Shown: positions 31,985 to 32,000 of the stretch, in pieces
How the letters are laid out: each line of letters begins with the position of its first letter
How positions within the stretch are numbered: position 1 is the first letter of the stretch
Origin: Candidatus Nanobsidianus stetteri
Lineage (GTDB): Archaea > Nanobdellota > Nanobdellia > Nanobdellales > Nanobdellaceae
DNA: 32,000 nucleotides
Reading direction: 5' to 3'
Assembly (NCBI RefSeq): GCF_003086415.1
Contig: NZ_QEFP02000014.1
Location: forward strand, 1 to 32,000
Notes under the pieces: model-generated
The model's database searches: none
What the model was told of the DNA's origin: nothing
The model's input: only the letters and a program-made list of their open reading frames with translations
Position numbers and translations under genes: made by a program

Positions 31985-32000
31985 AAATTCATAATATATA

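Overview
This window is a very AT-rich stretch of archaeal chromosome, roughly one fifth to one quarter G+C by eye. All calls rest on reading the supplied translations and the DNA; no homology search was run.

The housekeeping genes are unambiguously archaeal: AlaRS, class V FBP aldolase/phosphatase, archaeal DnaG, stalk protein P1, L21e-RpoF-DUF655, fibrillarin-Nop5-S10, TrmY and Taw3. Three tRNA genes are GC-rich against this background (about two thirds G+C by my count for tRNA-Pro). Together with a thermopsin-family (peptidase A5) protease, this suggests a compact-genome thermophile, probably acidophilic. I cannot place the lineage from sequence alone.

Three regions are not ordinary:
1. 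About 15.4-27.5 kb is a roughly 12 kb run of 13 genes. Most are tightly packed, with overlapping stops and starts. All encode membrane-anchored or secreted proteins that are Asn/Tyr-rich and dense in N-glycosylation sequons, and several are Cys-rich. I recognise no family for any of them. The run includes three tandem mini-proteins of 48-61 aa, two of which are absent from the ORF track, and an 879 aa giant. A VKOR-type disulfide oxidoreductase gene sits next to it. This is my best candidate for an undescribed cell-surface structure or adhesion system. No assembly ATPase, platform protein or prepilin peptidase is present in the window.
2. About 5.2-8.1 kb is bounded by tRNA-Arg and tRNA-Leu. 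It carries three copies of a roughly 60 bp promoter-like module containing a palindrome, two diverged paralogous ORFs that share a perfect 54 nt 3' segment, and a decayed tRNA-Leu pseudogene.
3. About 0.8-4.0 kb holds a membrane-anchored protein with about 19 'xLQxxYx' heptads, convergent with a membrane-tethered thermopsin-like protease.

The antisense ORFs in the track are treated as shadows of real genes.
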